A stretch of 33,276 bases of DNA from Bacillales bacterium (GCA_028723545.1 JAQYER010000059.1:1-33276); one strand, 5' to 3'; shown: positions 1-7,994, counted from the stretch's first letter. Numbers and translations: made by a program. Notes: generated by a model from the letters alone, not told the origin.

Positions 1-2
1 TG

Positions 3-32
3 ATTTTATCAAAATCACATGCACGTACGCAA
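3..32 (-). promoter_or_regulatory. Putative sigma70 promoter firing leftwards out of the window, overlapped by an inverted repeat
   Basis: Minus strand TTGCGT (27-32), 18 nt, TGaTAAAAT extended -10 (hexamer 3-8). TGATTTT-atc-AAAATCA palindrome at 1-17. Confidence 0.4.
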
Positions 33-148
33 GTATTTTTTGAATTTACCGATTATGAAATAGATATTATTTAATTTATTAAATAAAATAAAAATAATTT
101 GTTATATTTTTTGAATTTTTTTCTCTCGTTTTTGCATCTTCATATGTA

Positions 149-204
149 AAAAATAAAACACCCGACTATCCCTAATTCATTTTTAGAAGAAGTGTGGGTG
201 TTTA
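149..204 (-). terminator. Intrinsic terminator after the P-type ATPase (long imperfect hairpin)
   Basis: Minus strand AAACACCC...GGGTGTTT arms followed by TATTTTT, just after the stop codon at 209. Confidence 0.6.
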
Positions 205-208
205 ATTG

Positions 209-2362
209 TTATTTAATTTTTCTAATCAAAATTGATAATGAATGAAGAGTCATTATGATTGTTAATGGAATGTCCGCTAAAACCATGATGATTCCGATAT
301 ATTCACTTAATGATTGAACAAATATAATAAGTATCGCTGCAATGAATTTTAAGGCAAGAGTAACAATGATATTTATTAAAACTGTTCGATTAGTAATTTG
401 TGAAATTTTAATCGCTTCATAAATAGTTCCTGGATAATGTTTCATCAAGACAATATCAGAAGCATTAACTGCGTTATCAGCGCCTAATTCACCATTTGAA
501 ACCCCAATATCCGCTACTTCAAGGCTTGGAACGTCGCTATTATCAAATCCGGCGACAAGAATGTTCTTTTTGCCTTTTTTCTCTAATGCTTCTTTTACCA
601 ATTTTTGTTTACCTTCAGGATTTAAATCGGCATAACATTTTTCAATTTGAAGAATTTTTGCTAATACATCAGTGTTTGATTGACTATCTCCAGACATCAT
701 CACTACTTCAATACCTAATTTATGAAGATTTTGAACAAGCGGTTCAGCTTCATCGCGAATATATTCATATAAAACAACATACCCTCTATACATTCCATCA
801 ACCGCTAAATATACCAAAATTCCTTCTTCATTTGGTTTTTCAAATTCAATACCAACTGAATTCAAAAATTTATAAGAACCAGCAATAATTGAATGATTAT
901 CATAACGAGTTTTAACACCATATCCTGGAACTTCTAAATAATTTTCTTGAACCGCTCCTAAAGAGGCAATGTCTTGGCCATAACATAATGTTCTTGCAAT
1001 TGGATGGGCGCTTCTTGATTCGCAAGCAATCATATATTCGGCAAATAAATTGTCTTCAATATTAATTGGTACAACTTTTGCAATTTGGAAATCAGAAAAA
1101 GTTAATGTTCCTGTTTTATCAACAAATACAGTACCAACTTTAGATAATTTATCTAATATGTTCGCACCTTTAATAATAATCCCATATTTCATCGCTAAAG
1201 CGGATGAAGATGTATACGCTAAAGGAACGGAAATAACAATCGCACATGGGCAACCGATTACTAAAATTAATAATCCTTGATGAAGAGAATAAGCCCAATT
1301 TTGAGTAACTAATCCAAAAATTAAGAAAACAATTAATCCTAATCCTAAAATAATTGGAGTGTATATATGGGCAAATTTGGTAATAAATTTATCGCCTTTT
1401 CCTTTATGTTCTCCACTATTTTGAATCATCTCAATTGATTTAGATATTTGAGTATCGTTAAATAATTTAGTGACTGATAAAGTAATTGTTCCTTCTTTTA
1501 ATATTGTTCCACCAAGAATATTCATATCTTTTTGTAAAGATAATAAATTAGAATCGCCAGTAAATGATGAAGTATCTAAAAATCCACTTCCATCAAGAAT
1601 TATTCCATCAACTGGAACGATTTCTCCTTCATTAACGATAATTTGATCACCGATTTTTAATTCATCTGGGCTAACTTTGCTAACACCATTATCATCAATC
1701 CTATTAGCGAATTCCGCTCTTTTATCAATGACGCTTGCGATAGTGCTTTTTGCTTTTGTTGTAGCGAATTTTTCAACTAATTCTCCAACTTGATATAAAG
1801 CAACAACCATACATCCATCAAAGAAAGCTGGCTCTAAATCAGAAGGGACTAAATAAGATAAAAACATTCCAGCAGCGAATATTACCATCAATAAATTCAT
1901 ATCAACAGGGTTTTGCTTCTTAATAATGTTCATGAATAATCGATATATAATATCGTAAATAATAATCGCTAAAGCGAGGCAATATAAAATAATTCCATAT
2001 GGAACAAATAATTGCTCAAAATGTTCTTCAAAAACAAATTTGGCAACAAACATTAACAATAATGAAACAATGACTCTTGCTAATAAGATCCATTCTTTTT
2101 TAGTGAATCCTTTTTTATATGTTCTTTTGCGATATGCTTTTTCTAATTCAACATGAATAATACTTCCATCAATACGACCAATTAATTGGTGGATTTCATC
2201 TAGCGTTAATGGTTCATCCTTATATGTGATAAATAATTTTTCATTATTCACATCGATATTAACGCTTAAAATTTTGTCATTATTTGACAATATATCTTCT
2301 GCTTTAGTCGCGCACGCTAAACAATCGAATCCTTCGATATGATAAATAATTTTCTTTGCCAT
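209..2362 (-). CDS. Heavy-metal-translocating P1B-type ATPase (CadA/ZntA-like) with degenerate motifs
   Basis: N-terminal HMA domain (GFDCLAC), transmembrane CPC, DKTGTLT, SAHP, and Lys/Asp in the last helices as in Zn/Cd pumps. TGES reads TGDS and GDGxND reads GFDNSD. Confidence 0.9.
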   Translation of the reverse strand: MAKKIIYHIEGFDCLACATKAEDILSNNDKILSVNIDVNNEKLFITYKDEPLTLDEIHQLIGRIDGSIIHVELEKAYRKRTYKKGFTKKEWILLARVIVSLLLMFVAKFVFEEHFEQLFVPYGIILYCLALAIIIYDIIYRLFMNIIKKQNPVDMNLLMVIFAAGMFLSYLVPSDLEPAFFDGCMVVALYQVGELVEKFATTKAKSTIASVIDKRAEFANRIDDNGVSKVSPDELKIGDQIIVNEGEIVPVDGIILDGSGFLDTSSFTGDSNLLSLQKDMNILGGTILKEGTITLSVTKLFNDTQISKSIEMIQNSGEHKGKGDKFITKFAHIYTPIILGLGLIVFLIFGLVTQNWAYSLHQGLLILVIGCPCAIVISVPLAYTSSSALAMKYGIIIKGANILDKLSKVGTVFVDKTGTLTFSDFQIAKVVPINIEDNLFAEYMIACESRSAHPIARTLCYGQDIASLGAVQENYLEVPGYGVKTRYDNHSIIAGSYKFLNSVGIEFEKPNEEGILVYLAVDGMYRGYVVLYEYIRDEAEPLVQNLHKLGIEVVMMSGDSQSNTDVLAKILQIEKCYADLNPEGKQKLVKEALEKKGKKNILVAGFDNSDVPSLEVADIGVSNGELGADNAVNASDIVLMKHYPGTIYEAIKISQITNRTVLINIIVTLALKFIAAILIIFVQSLSEYIGIIMVLADIPLTIIMTLHSLSILIRKIK

Positions 2363-2371
2363 AATTTTTAG

Positions 2372-2402
2372 TTAAAAAGCAGCTAGCAAACTAACTGCTT
2401 TT
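2372..2402 (-). terminator. Intrinsic terminator after nusG
   Basis: Minus strand AAAAGCAGTTAG-TTTG-CTAGCTGCTTTTT hairpin with U tract. Confidence 0.8.
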
Positions 2403-2430
2403 ATATTATATAATTTTTTATCAAAAATGA

Positions 2431-3006
2431 TTAATTAACTTTTTCAATAGATGCAAATTCAACTTCAGTTGGAGTTTCTGAACCAAAGAAGATGAGTGAT
2501 ACAGTGCAAAGGCCATTTACACGGTCAATATTTGTAATTGTTCCTTCAATTCCTTCAAATGGACCATGGATAATTTTAACGAGGTCACCTTCGTTATAAC
2601 GATCATACATTGATGAATCAATTTTACCAACTCTTTTGAGAACTGGTTCCATTTGTTCTTTAGTAACTGGAGATGGTTTTTGACCTCCACCAGCTGATCC
2701 AGCAATACCTGTTACATCTGGTGTATTACGAACGATATACCAAATTTCATCAGTCATAATCATTTCAACAAAGATATATCCTGGATAGAGGTTTACCATT
2801 CTTGTTTTTGGATTACCTTTTTTATCATATTGAGGCACTCCATCGCGAATGACAGGTACTTCTTCTTCGCAAACAACAACATCAAGAATACGATCGCCTA
2901 ATCCCATTGTTTCAACTCTTTTTAAAAGGTTGTCAGCGACTTTGCGTTCATGTGTTGAATATGTAGTAACAATGTACCATTGTTTTTCTGCTAAATTCTT
3001 TTCCAT
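2431..3006 (-). CDS. nusG: Transcription termination/antitermination factor NusG
   Basis: WYIVTTYS, LYPGYIFVEM, VRNTPDVTG, C-terminal KOW (GDLVKIIHGPFEG); follows secE. Confidence 0.97.
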   Translation of the reverse strand: MEKNLAEKQWYIVTTYSTHERKVADNLLKRVETMGLGDRILDVVVCEEEVPVIRDGVPQYDKKGNPKTRMVNLYPGYIFVEMIMTDEIWYIVRNTPDVTGIAGSAGGGQKPSPVTKEQMEPVLKRVGKIDSSMYDRYNEGDLVKIIHGPFEGIEGTITNIDRVNGLCTVSLIFFGSETPTEVEFASIEKVN

Positions 3007-3021
3007 TATTCAATTCCCCTA

Positions 3022-3282
3022 TTATTTCAATAAAAATAATTTAATTGCTTCCGCAACTGAACTGCTATTTTCAGTATTTCCAGAAACAGATAAATCTTTA
3101 AATATTTCTTTAATTTGTTGGATTAATGATCCAGCTGCCCAGTCTTCTAATGATAAAAATAAAGCAGCGACAACACAAACGACGAGAACAGCAACTAAAG
3201 CAGGAATAAATTCTTCTCTCTTTGGCCATCTAACACGTTTGCCTTCTTTGATTACTTCTTGTGCGTATTTTTTAACACCCAT
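3022..3282 (-). CDS. secE: Preprotein translocase subunit SecE
   Basis: EGKRVRWPKREE motif followed by one TM helix; lies between rpmG and nusG; GGAGG RBS. Confidence 0.93.
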   Translation of the reverse strand: MGVKKYAQEVIKEGKRVRWPKREEFIPALVAVLVVCVVAALFLSLEDWAAGSLIQQIKEIFKDLSVSGNTENSSSVAEAIKLFLLK

Positions 3283-3293
3283 GGTAATACCTC

Positions 3294-3443
3294 CTATTTG
3301 CTTTCTTTATGCAAAGTATATTTATTGCATTTCGGACAAAATTTACTTATTTCAAGACGAGTTGAATTCCCTTCAACTTTTTTAGTTGTTGTGTAATTCC
3401 TACTTAAGCATTCAGGGCAAATTAAAAGAACTTTCTTTCTCAT
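3294..3443 (-). CDS. rpmG: 50S ribosomal protein L33 (Zn-binding C+ type); not in the ORF track
   Basis: Hand translation [49 protein letters not shown] (49 aa, two CxxC); canonical position before secE. Confidence 0.96.
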   Translation of the reverse strand: MRKKVLLICPECLSRNYTTTKKVEGNSTRLEISKFCPKCNKYTLHKESK

Positions 3444-3468
3444 ATAGTTTCAACCTTCTTGTGCGTTA

Positions 3469-3497
3469 ATTTTAATCTAAAAAAATTATTGTGTCAA
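3469..3497 (-). promoter_or_regulatory. Sigma70/SigA promoter for rpmG-secE-nusG
   Basis: Minus strand TTGACA (3492-3497), 17 nt, TAAAAT (3469-3474). Confidence 0.8.
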
Positions 3498-3515
3498 TAT
3501 GATTCAATTGAATTG

Positions 3516-3575
3516 ATTTTATATGTCTCTTATAAAGTGTTTAAAATTTTATATGTCTCTTACAAAGTGTTTAAA
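3516..3575. repeat. Tandem direct repeat, 2 x 30 bp
   Basis: ATTTTATATGTCTCTTAYAAAGTGTTTAAA at 3516-3545 and 3546-3575, 29/30 identical. Confidence 0.95.
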
Positions 3576-3620
3576 AAAATTTATTTATATAAGAATAATA
3601 TTTATTCAATCACATAGAAA

Positions 3621-4229
3621 TTACTTTAATAAAATTTTAATATCATTTAGTACTGTACCTTCTTTATCATCTTCCAATAATCTTCTTACTTGAGCGACTG
3701 AGATTTTTAATTTTTCAGCAATTTCATTAATTGTGTAGCCATCTTTTTTTAATTTTAATACTGTGGCTTGGTTACTATTTTTTCCTTTTTTTCTACTTGG
3801 ACTAGATAAAATCAAATTTAATTGATTTAATTCATAATTTTTTCGCGGATCTTCATCGTTAGAGCCAACAATATCATGAAAAGTCGAACGAGTTGATATT
3901 TCGGAATCTAAATTAATGGGGTTCATTGATATACATTCTTGTTGATATTTATCAATTAATTTAAGTAAATCTCTAACAAATATCGTTCTAAATAAAACTC
4001 TAATAGGACACCCATATTGATAATGTGAAAAAGTGGTTAATATATCTTGGTACGCTAAACAATAAGCGTCTTCAACATCAAAACCTTTAATGTTATTTTG
4101 CGTTAATACATTGTAAATTATTCCTTTCGCGCACGTAAAAAGACGATTAACTAATTCGTTGTAGACTTGTTGATTTCCACGCGCTGCTAATCGATATAAT
4201 TGTTCGTCAGAAGCCGATTCAAATGACAT
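3621..4229 (-). CDS. Divergent alternative sigma-70 factor (SigH/ComX-like)
   Basis: N-terminal SDEQLYRLAARGNQQVYNELV and C-terminal region-4 HTH (GYTINEIAEKLKISVAQV). Occupies the Firmicutes sigH slot between rlmB and rpmG. Confidence 0.7.
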   Translation of the reverse strand: MSFESASDEQLYRLAARGNQQVYNELVNRLFTCAKGIIYNVLTQNNIKGFDVEDAYCLAYQDILTTFSHYQYGCPIRVLFRTIFVRDLLKLIDKYQQECISMNPINLDSEISTRSTFHDIVGSNDEDPRKNYELNQLNLILSSPSRKKGKNSNQATVLKLKKDGYTINEIAEKLKISVAQVRRLLEDDKEGTVLNDIKILLK

Positions 4230-4236
4230 AAATATA

Positions 4237-4980
4237 TCACTGTTTGCTTCTAATCATTGCTAAAATAATACCTGTTGCGACAGAAACATTTAATGAATTA
4301 ACATGACCTTTCATTGGGATTTTTATTTTAAAATCACTATTGTCAAGAACTAATCGAGATATTCCTCTTCCTTCACTACCCATAACAACTACAGTTTTGC
4401 CATTATAATCTAATTTTGAATAATCATCTTTGGCTGATCCATCGCTAGAATATACCCAATATCCAGCATCTTTGAGTTTATTAATTGCTGACACTAAATT
4501 GCTCACCATTGCGACTTTTACATAATTAATCGCTCCCGTTGATACTTTAGCGACCGTTGAATTAACATTTACTTGATTGCGATTTTTAATAATTATTCCA
4601 TCAACAGAAAAAGCATCAGCGCTTCTTAAAATCGCTCCAAAATTATGTGGATCTTCAATTTCATCTAAAATTAAAATTAATGGATTTTCTTTTTTGTTTG
4701 CTTCAGTAATTATTTCATCTAAAGAAACATATTGATAATCTTTTGCCACAGCGATAATTCCTTGGTGATTACCAAATTTTGTCTTCTTATTCATCTCATC
4801 TATTGGAAGATAGATAGTTTTAATATTTTTTTCCGAAATAAGAGATAGTATTTCTTTATTTGAAAAATGGTCTTGTAAATAAATTGTCTTAACTTGATTT
4901 TCTTTTAAAGAAGCAATTACAGTATTCCTCCCATAAATCAAGTTTGACACATCTTGCGATTTTCTATTCTCATTTTTCAT
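4237..4980 (-). CDS. rlmB: 23S rRNA (Gm2251) 2'-O-methyltransferase, SpoU/TrmH family
   Basis: IYGRN, HQGI, LDEIEDPHNFGAILRSA, MGSEGRG, SLNVSVA motifs. Confidence 0.95.
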   Translation of the reverse strand: MKNENRKSQDVSNLIYGRNTVIASLKENQVKTIYLQDHFSNKEILSLISEKNIKTIYLPIDEMNKKTKFGNHQGIIAVAKDYQYVSLDEIITEANKKENPLILILDEIEDPHNFGAILRSADAFSVDGIIIKNRNQVNVNSTVAKVSTGAINYVKVAMVSNLVSAINKLKDAGYWVYSSDGSAKDDYSKLDYNGKTVVVMGSEGRGISRLVLDNSDFKIKIPMKGHVNSLNVSVATGIILAMIRSKQ

Positions 4981-4984
4981 AAAA

Positions 4985-5725
4985 TTAAAATTCAGTTGAT
5001 ATTTTGATATCTAAAGGATGGGAAGTTAATTTAATTTCATCAATAAATTCAATGATTGTTGATTCTCTTGCAGGAGCAATACGGATAGAAACTCTTATGT
5101 ATTGTTCATTTTGATAATTGATTAATTGAGATTCAGTATCTTTAATGTTGATTGAGAAACGATTAGCGACTTGTAATATTTCTTTTAAGATTGGTTGATT
5201 TGGGCTACATACAATAATAATCATTGGATTATGTCTTGAAGCAACACGTTCAACGCGTCTTAAAGAAACGAGCACAAATAGCATAATTAACGTTGCAAAT
5301 ATACAAATAATTAAATTACCACTTCCAGCGCATAAACCAATCGCCATTGAGCCCCAAATTGTTGTTGCAGTTGTTAAACCTTTAATATCAGAACCATTTT
5401 GAATAATTGTACCAGCGCCTAAAAAACCAACACCAGTAACTACTTGGGCTGCTAAACGGGCTGGATCTCTTGTAGCAGCGTTTAATCCACCAAAACCAAA
5501 CATTGAAATGTACATAATTAAACATGAACCAACCGCAACTAAGACGTGGGTACGAAGACCAGCACTATGACCGCGATATTCACGTTCAAATCCTAATGCA
5601 CCACTACAAAAAATAGTAATAAGTAAGCAAACAACACCAAAAAGAACTACTCCCCAACCATTTCCATTAAAAAGGTTAGAAAACCATTCAGTAATTTTGT
5701 AATCAATTGGAACAATTTGATTCAT
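4985..5725 (-). CDS. MgtC/SapB family membrane protein
   Basis: GFERE..GHSAGLRTH, DPARLAAQVVTGVGFLGAGTI, GLTTATTIW; soluble ACT-like C-terminus; GGAGG RBS. Confidence 0.93.
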   Translation of the reverse strand: MNQIVPIDYKITEWFSNLFNGNGWGVVLFGVVCLLITIFCSGALGFEREYRGHSAGLRTHVLVAVGSCLIMYISMFGFGGLNAATRDPARLAAQVVTGVGFLGAGTIIQNGSDIKGLTTATTIWGSMAIGLCAGSGNLIICIFATLIMLFVLVSLRRVERVASRHNPMIIIVCSPNQPILKEILQVANRFSINIKDTESQLINYQNEQYIRVSIRIAPARESTIIEFIDEIKLTSHPLDIKISTEF

Positions 5726-5740
5726 GTTTACCTCCTTTTT

Positions 5741-7075
5741 TTAAATTATGCGTCTAGCGATTAATATATTTCTTAGTTCATCGCTTTTTGCAAAATTCTT
5801 TTCTTTTTTATATTCGATATATTCGTTATAAATTTGTTCATCTTCGTTAGTTAATAACGGATAATCGATTTTTAACCCTAAAATATTTAACATATCGCGG
5901 TAATTGGCGAATATATCTTCTAATTTAGATAAATCAATTGGGTTTTTACGCAATTCTTGATTGGCTAATTTCATTACATTAAATAATTCAGTTAAAGCAT
6001 TTGAAACATTTAAATCATCAGCAAGAGCATTTAAGAAATTATCCATATTGTTCGCTTTTTTATTAATATCGCCTTTTAATAATTGAATTTTAACCGCTAA
6101 TTGAATAAAAGCTTTTTCGATTCTTTCATATGAATTTTTAGTAGATAAAATCGTATCATCAGTAAATTGCACTGGAGCGCGATAATGAGTAGATAAAATT
6201 AATAATCTCATTACATTTCCGCCATATGTTTTAATAGCGTCTTTCGCTAATACGACATTTCCAAGTGATTTAGACATCTTTTCATCGCCGAAATTAACAA
6301 ATCCGTTATGCATCCATATATTAGCGATTTTATTGTGGTTATGCGCTTTTGCTTGAGCGATTTCATTTTCGTGATGTGGGAATTTCAAATCAAATCCACC
6401 ACCATGAATATCTATTTTTCCACTTGGGAAAATTGAATCGATCATAACACAACATTCTGTATGCCATCCTGGTCGGCCTTCTCCCCAAGGAGAAACCCAT
6501 TTAATTCCTTGCTCAGTTGTTTTCCATAAAACAAAATCTAATGGTGATTCTTTTTTGGAATTTTCTTCGATTCTTGCACCGACAACTAAATCATCCATAT
6601 TGATTTTTGATAATTCGCCATAATCTTGAATTGAAGAAATTCTAAAGAATACATCTCCATCTTTTTCATAAGCCGCTCCAACAGAAATTAATTCACCGAT
6701 ATATTTGATAATTTGTTCCATATATTCAGTAACTCGAGGATTGTTGTAATATGGCTTAATATTCAATGAATTTAAAACGTCTTTATAAGCATTTATATAA
6801 CGATTTGTAATCACTGATTCAGGAACATTTTCCGCTAGTGCTTTTTTAATAATTTTGTCATCAACATCAGTAAAATTAGAAACCAATTTCACATTATAGC
6901 CAATATATTGTAAGAAATTTCTAAATGTATCAAAAACAATAGGAGGTCTAATATTCCCCACATGAGCATCTCCATAAACAGTTGGACCACAACAATAAAT
7001 AGAAACCTCATTTTCAACAATTGGCTTTAAGCTTTCTATTTTACCGGTAAGTGAATTATATATTTTAACTTCCAT
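5741..7075 (-). CDS. cysS: Cysteinyl-tRNA synthetase (start moved to MEVKIYN)
   Basis: CGPTVY..AHVGN, WGEGRPGWHTEC, DIHGGGFDLKFPHHENE, KMSKS. GGAGG at 7084-7088 lies 8 nt before the ATG at 7075. Confidence 0.97.
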   Translation of the reverse strand: MEVKIYNSLTGKIESLKPIVENEVSIYCCGPTVYGDAHVGNIRPPIVFDTFRNFLQYIGYNVKLVSNFTDVDDKIIKKALAENVPESVITNRYINAYKDVLNSLNIKPYYNNPRVTEYMEQIIKYIGELISVGAAYEKDGDVFFRISSIQDYGELSKINMDDLVVGARIEENSKKESPLDFVLWKTTEQGIKWVSPWGEGRPGWHTECCVMIDSIFPSGKIDIHGGGFDLKFPHHENEIAQAKAHNHNKIANIWMHNGFVNFGDEKMSKSLGNVVLAKDAIKTYGGNVMRLLILSTHYRAPVQFTDDTILSTKNSYERIEKAFIQLAVKIQLLKGDINKKANNMDNFLNALADDLNVSNALTELFNVMKLANQELRKNPIDLSKLEDIFANYRDMLNILGLKIDYPLLTNEDEQIYNEYIEYKKEKNFAKSDELRNILIARRII

Positions 7076-7096
7076 TGTCATGACCTCCGTGAACGT

Positions 7097-7122
7097 ATTA
7101 TAACACATTTATTTAATGTGTT
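7097..7122 (-). promoter_or_regulatory. Extended -10 promoter of the cysS operon with overlapping inverted repeat
   Basis: Minus strand TGTGtTATAAT (hexamer 7097-7102). AACACATT-N5-AATGTGTT palindrome at 7102-7122. Confidence 0.6.
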
Positions 7123-7156
7123 TAATAGTGCGCTTTTTATCGGAAAAATACAAGCG

Positions 7157-7233
7157 AAAAAATAAAAAAGAAGCGATTATATATCGGAAATTTAATAATT
7201 AAACACCTTTTATTAATTCGCTTCTATTTTTTT
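7157..7233 (-). terminator. Possible long-loop terminator hairpin
   Basis: AGAAGCGA (7169-7176) / TCGCTTCT (7218-7225) arms flanked by A/T runs on both sides. Confidence 0.45.
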
Positions 7234-7253
7234 GTTAAAACATTAAATGACAA

Positions 7254-7445
7254 TTAATCAATAAAATAATATCCGCATAAACTAGATAAAACATCATCAT
7301 TTAGAAAGGCAATATAGTCTAAAGACATATCACTAACATTTATTCTATAAACAAAATATTTAGGCCTTTTATATTCATCATTAGAATCATGGCTTATAAG
7401 AACATATAAATTGTTATTTGAATAATAAAAACTGCTAGGCGAGGC
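7254..7445 (-). pseudogene. Possible start-less 3' gene remnant
   Basis: 63 stop-free codons in very AT-rich DNA (...FYYSNNNLYVLISHDSNDEYKRPKYFVYRINVSDMSLDYIAFLNDDVLSSLCGYYFID*). No 5' start or RBS; followed by a terminator-like hairpin. Confidence 0.35.
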
Positions 7446-7458
7446 CTAACAGTTTTTA
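7426..7458 (-). terminator. Intrinsic terminator of the S10-spc-alpha cluster (after rplQ)
   Basis: Minus strand AAAAACTGTTAGGC-CTC-GCCTAGCAGTTTTT. Confidence 0.88.
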
Positions 7459-7473
7459 ATAGATTAAGTTTAA

Positions 7474-7869
7474 TTATTTAACAAATTCAACAATAACTAA
7501 TTTTGCGTTATCGCCTTTACGAACTCCAGCTTTAATTCCGCGAGTGTATCCACCATTACGTGATACATAACGAGGACCGAGTTCATTAAATAATTTTTCT
7601 AAAGCTGTAACATCATTTTCCTTGTAATTGCGAACAACTGCTGCGGCTTGACGACGTGCATGTAAATCACCACGTTTTGCAAGAGTTACTAAATGATCCG
7701 CTAAAGATTTAATTGCTTTAGCTTCGCCACTAGTAACAGTGACACGTTCATTAAGGACTAATGTAGTAACAACGTTTCTTAAATAATTTTCATGTTTAGA
7801 TTTTGTGTAAGCGGCTTTGAAGCGAACACCTGTTTTTCCATGAACATTTTTACGACCTTGTGCTGCCAT
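7474..7869 (-). CDS. rplQ: 50S ribosomal protein L17 (atypical N-terminus)
   Basis: LVTLAKRGDLHARRQA, KLFNELGPRY..RNGGYTR, RKGDNA; follows rpoA. Confidence 0.96.
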   Translation of the reverse strand: MAAQGRKNVHGKTGVRFKAAYTKSKHENYLRNVVTTLVLNERVTVTSGEAKAIKSLADHLVTLAKRGDLHARRQAAAVVRNYKENDVTALEKLFNELGPRYVSRNGGYTRGIKAGVRKGDNAKLVIVEFVK

Positions 7870-7890
7870 AATATTTCTCCTTTATTTTGT

Positions 7891-7982
7891 GGTATTTCCT
7901 TGATTAATTAATATTATTTCAAGGTTTCTGACCTTCAATAAGCTTATAAAATAAGCACATTATCGAAGACATTTTTCTACTA
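7891..7982 (-). ncRNA. Candidate structured cis-regulatory RNA (rplQ leader) homologous to the rpoA 3' CDS
   Basis: Stems UCUUCGAUAA/UUAUUGAAGG, GCUUAU/AUAAGC and CCUUGA/UCAAGG. Three colinear blocks match rpoA 8011-8017, 8072-8089 and 8188-8212. Confidence 0.6.
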
Positions 7983-7994
7983 GCTAAATTTAAA

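Noticed and set aside
3524-3534. TGTCTCTTATA matches part of the Tn5/Nextera mosaic end
   Set aside because: Only 11 of 19 nt match, the flanks differ and the second copy is mutated. Probably chance, although a read check is cheap.
3516-3575. 30-bp repeats as a CRISPR array
   Set aside because: The units are directly adjacent with no spacer, there are only two copies, and no cas genes are present.
4237-4239. Mycoplasma-type code 4 (TGA = Trp)
   Set aside because: TGA ends rlmB and queH at their expected C-termini, and all conserved genes translate fully with code 11.
7109-7425. T-box riboswitch upstream of cysS
   Set aside because: No GGTGG-ACC-CG T-box core is seen on the minus strand, and the promoter lies next to the RBS.
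7870-7994. rpoA-rplQ spacer as a coding mini-gene or simple assembly duplication
   Set aside because: It has frameshifts and stops relative to rpoA. Its substitutions and two large deletions are not typical of a misassembly, which would give a near-identical contiguous copy.
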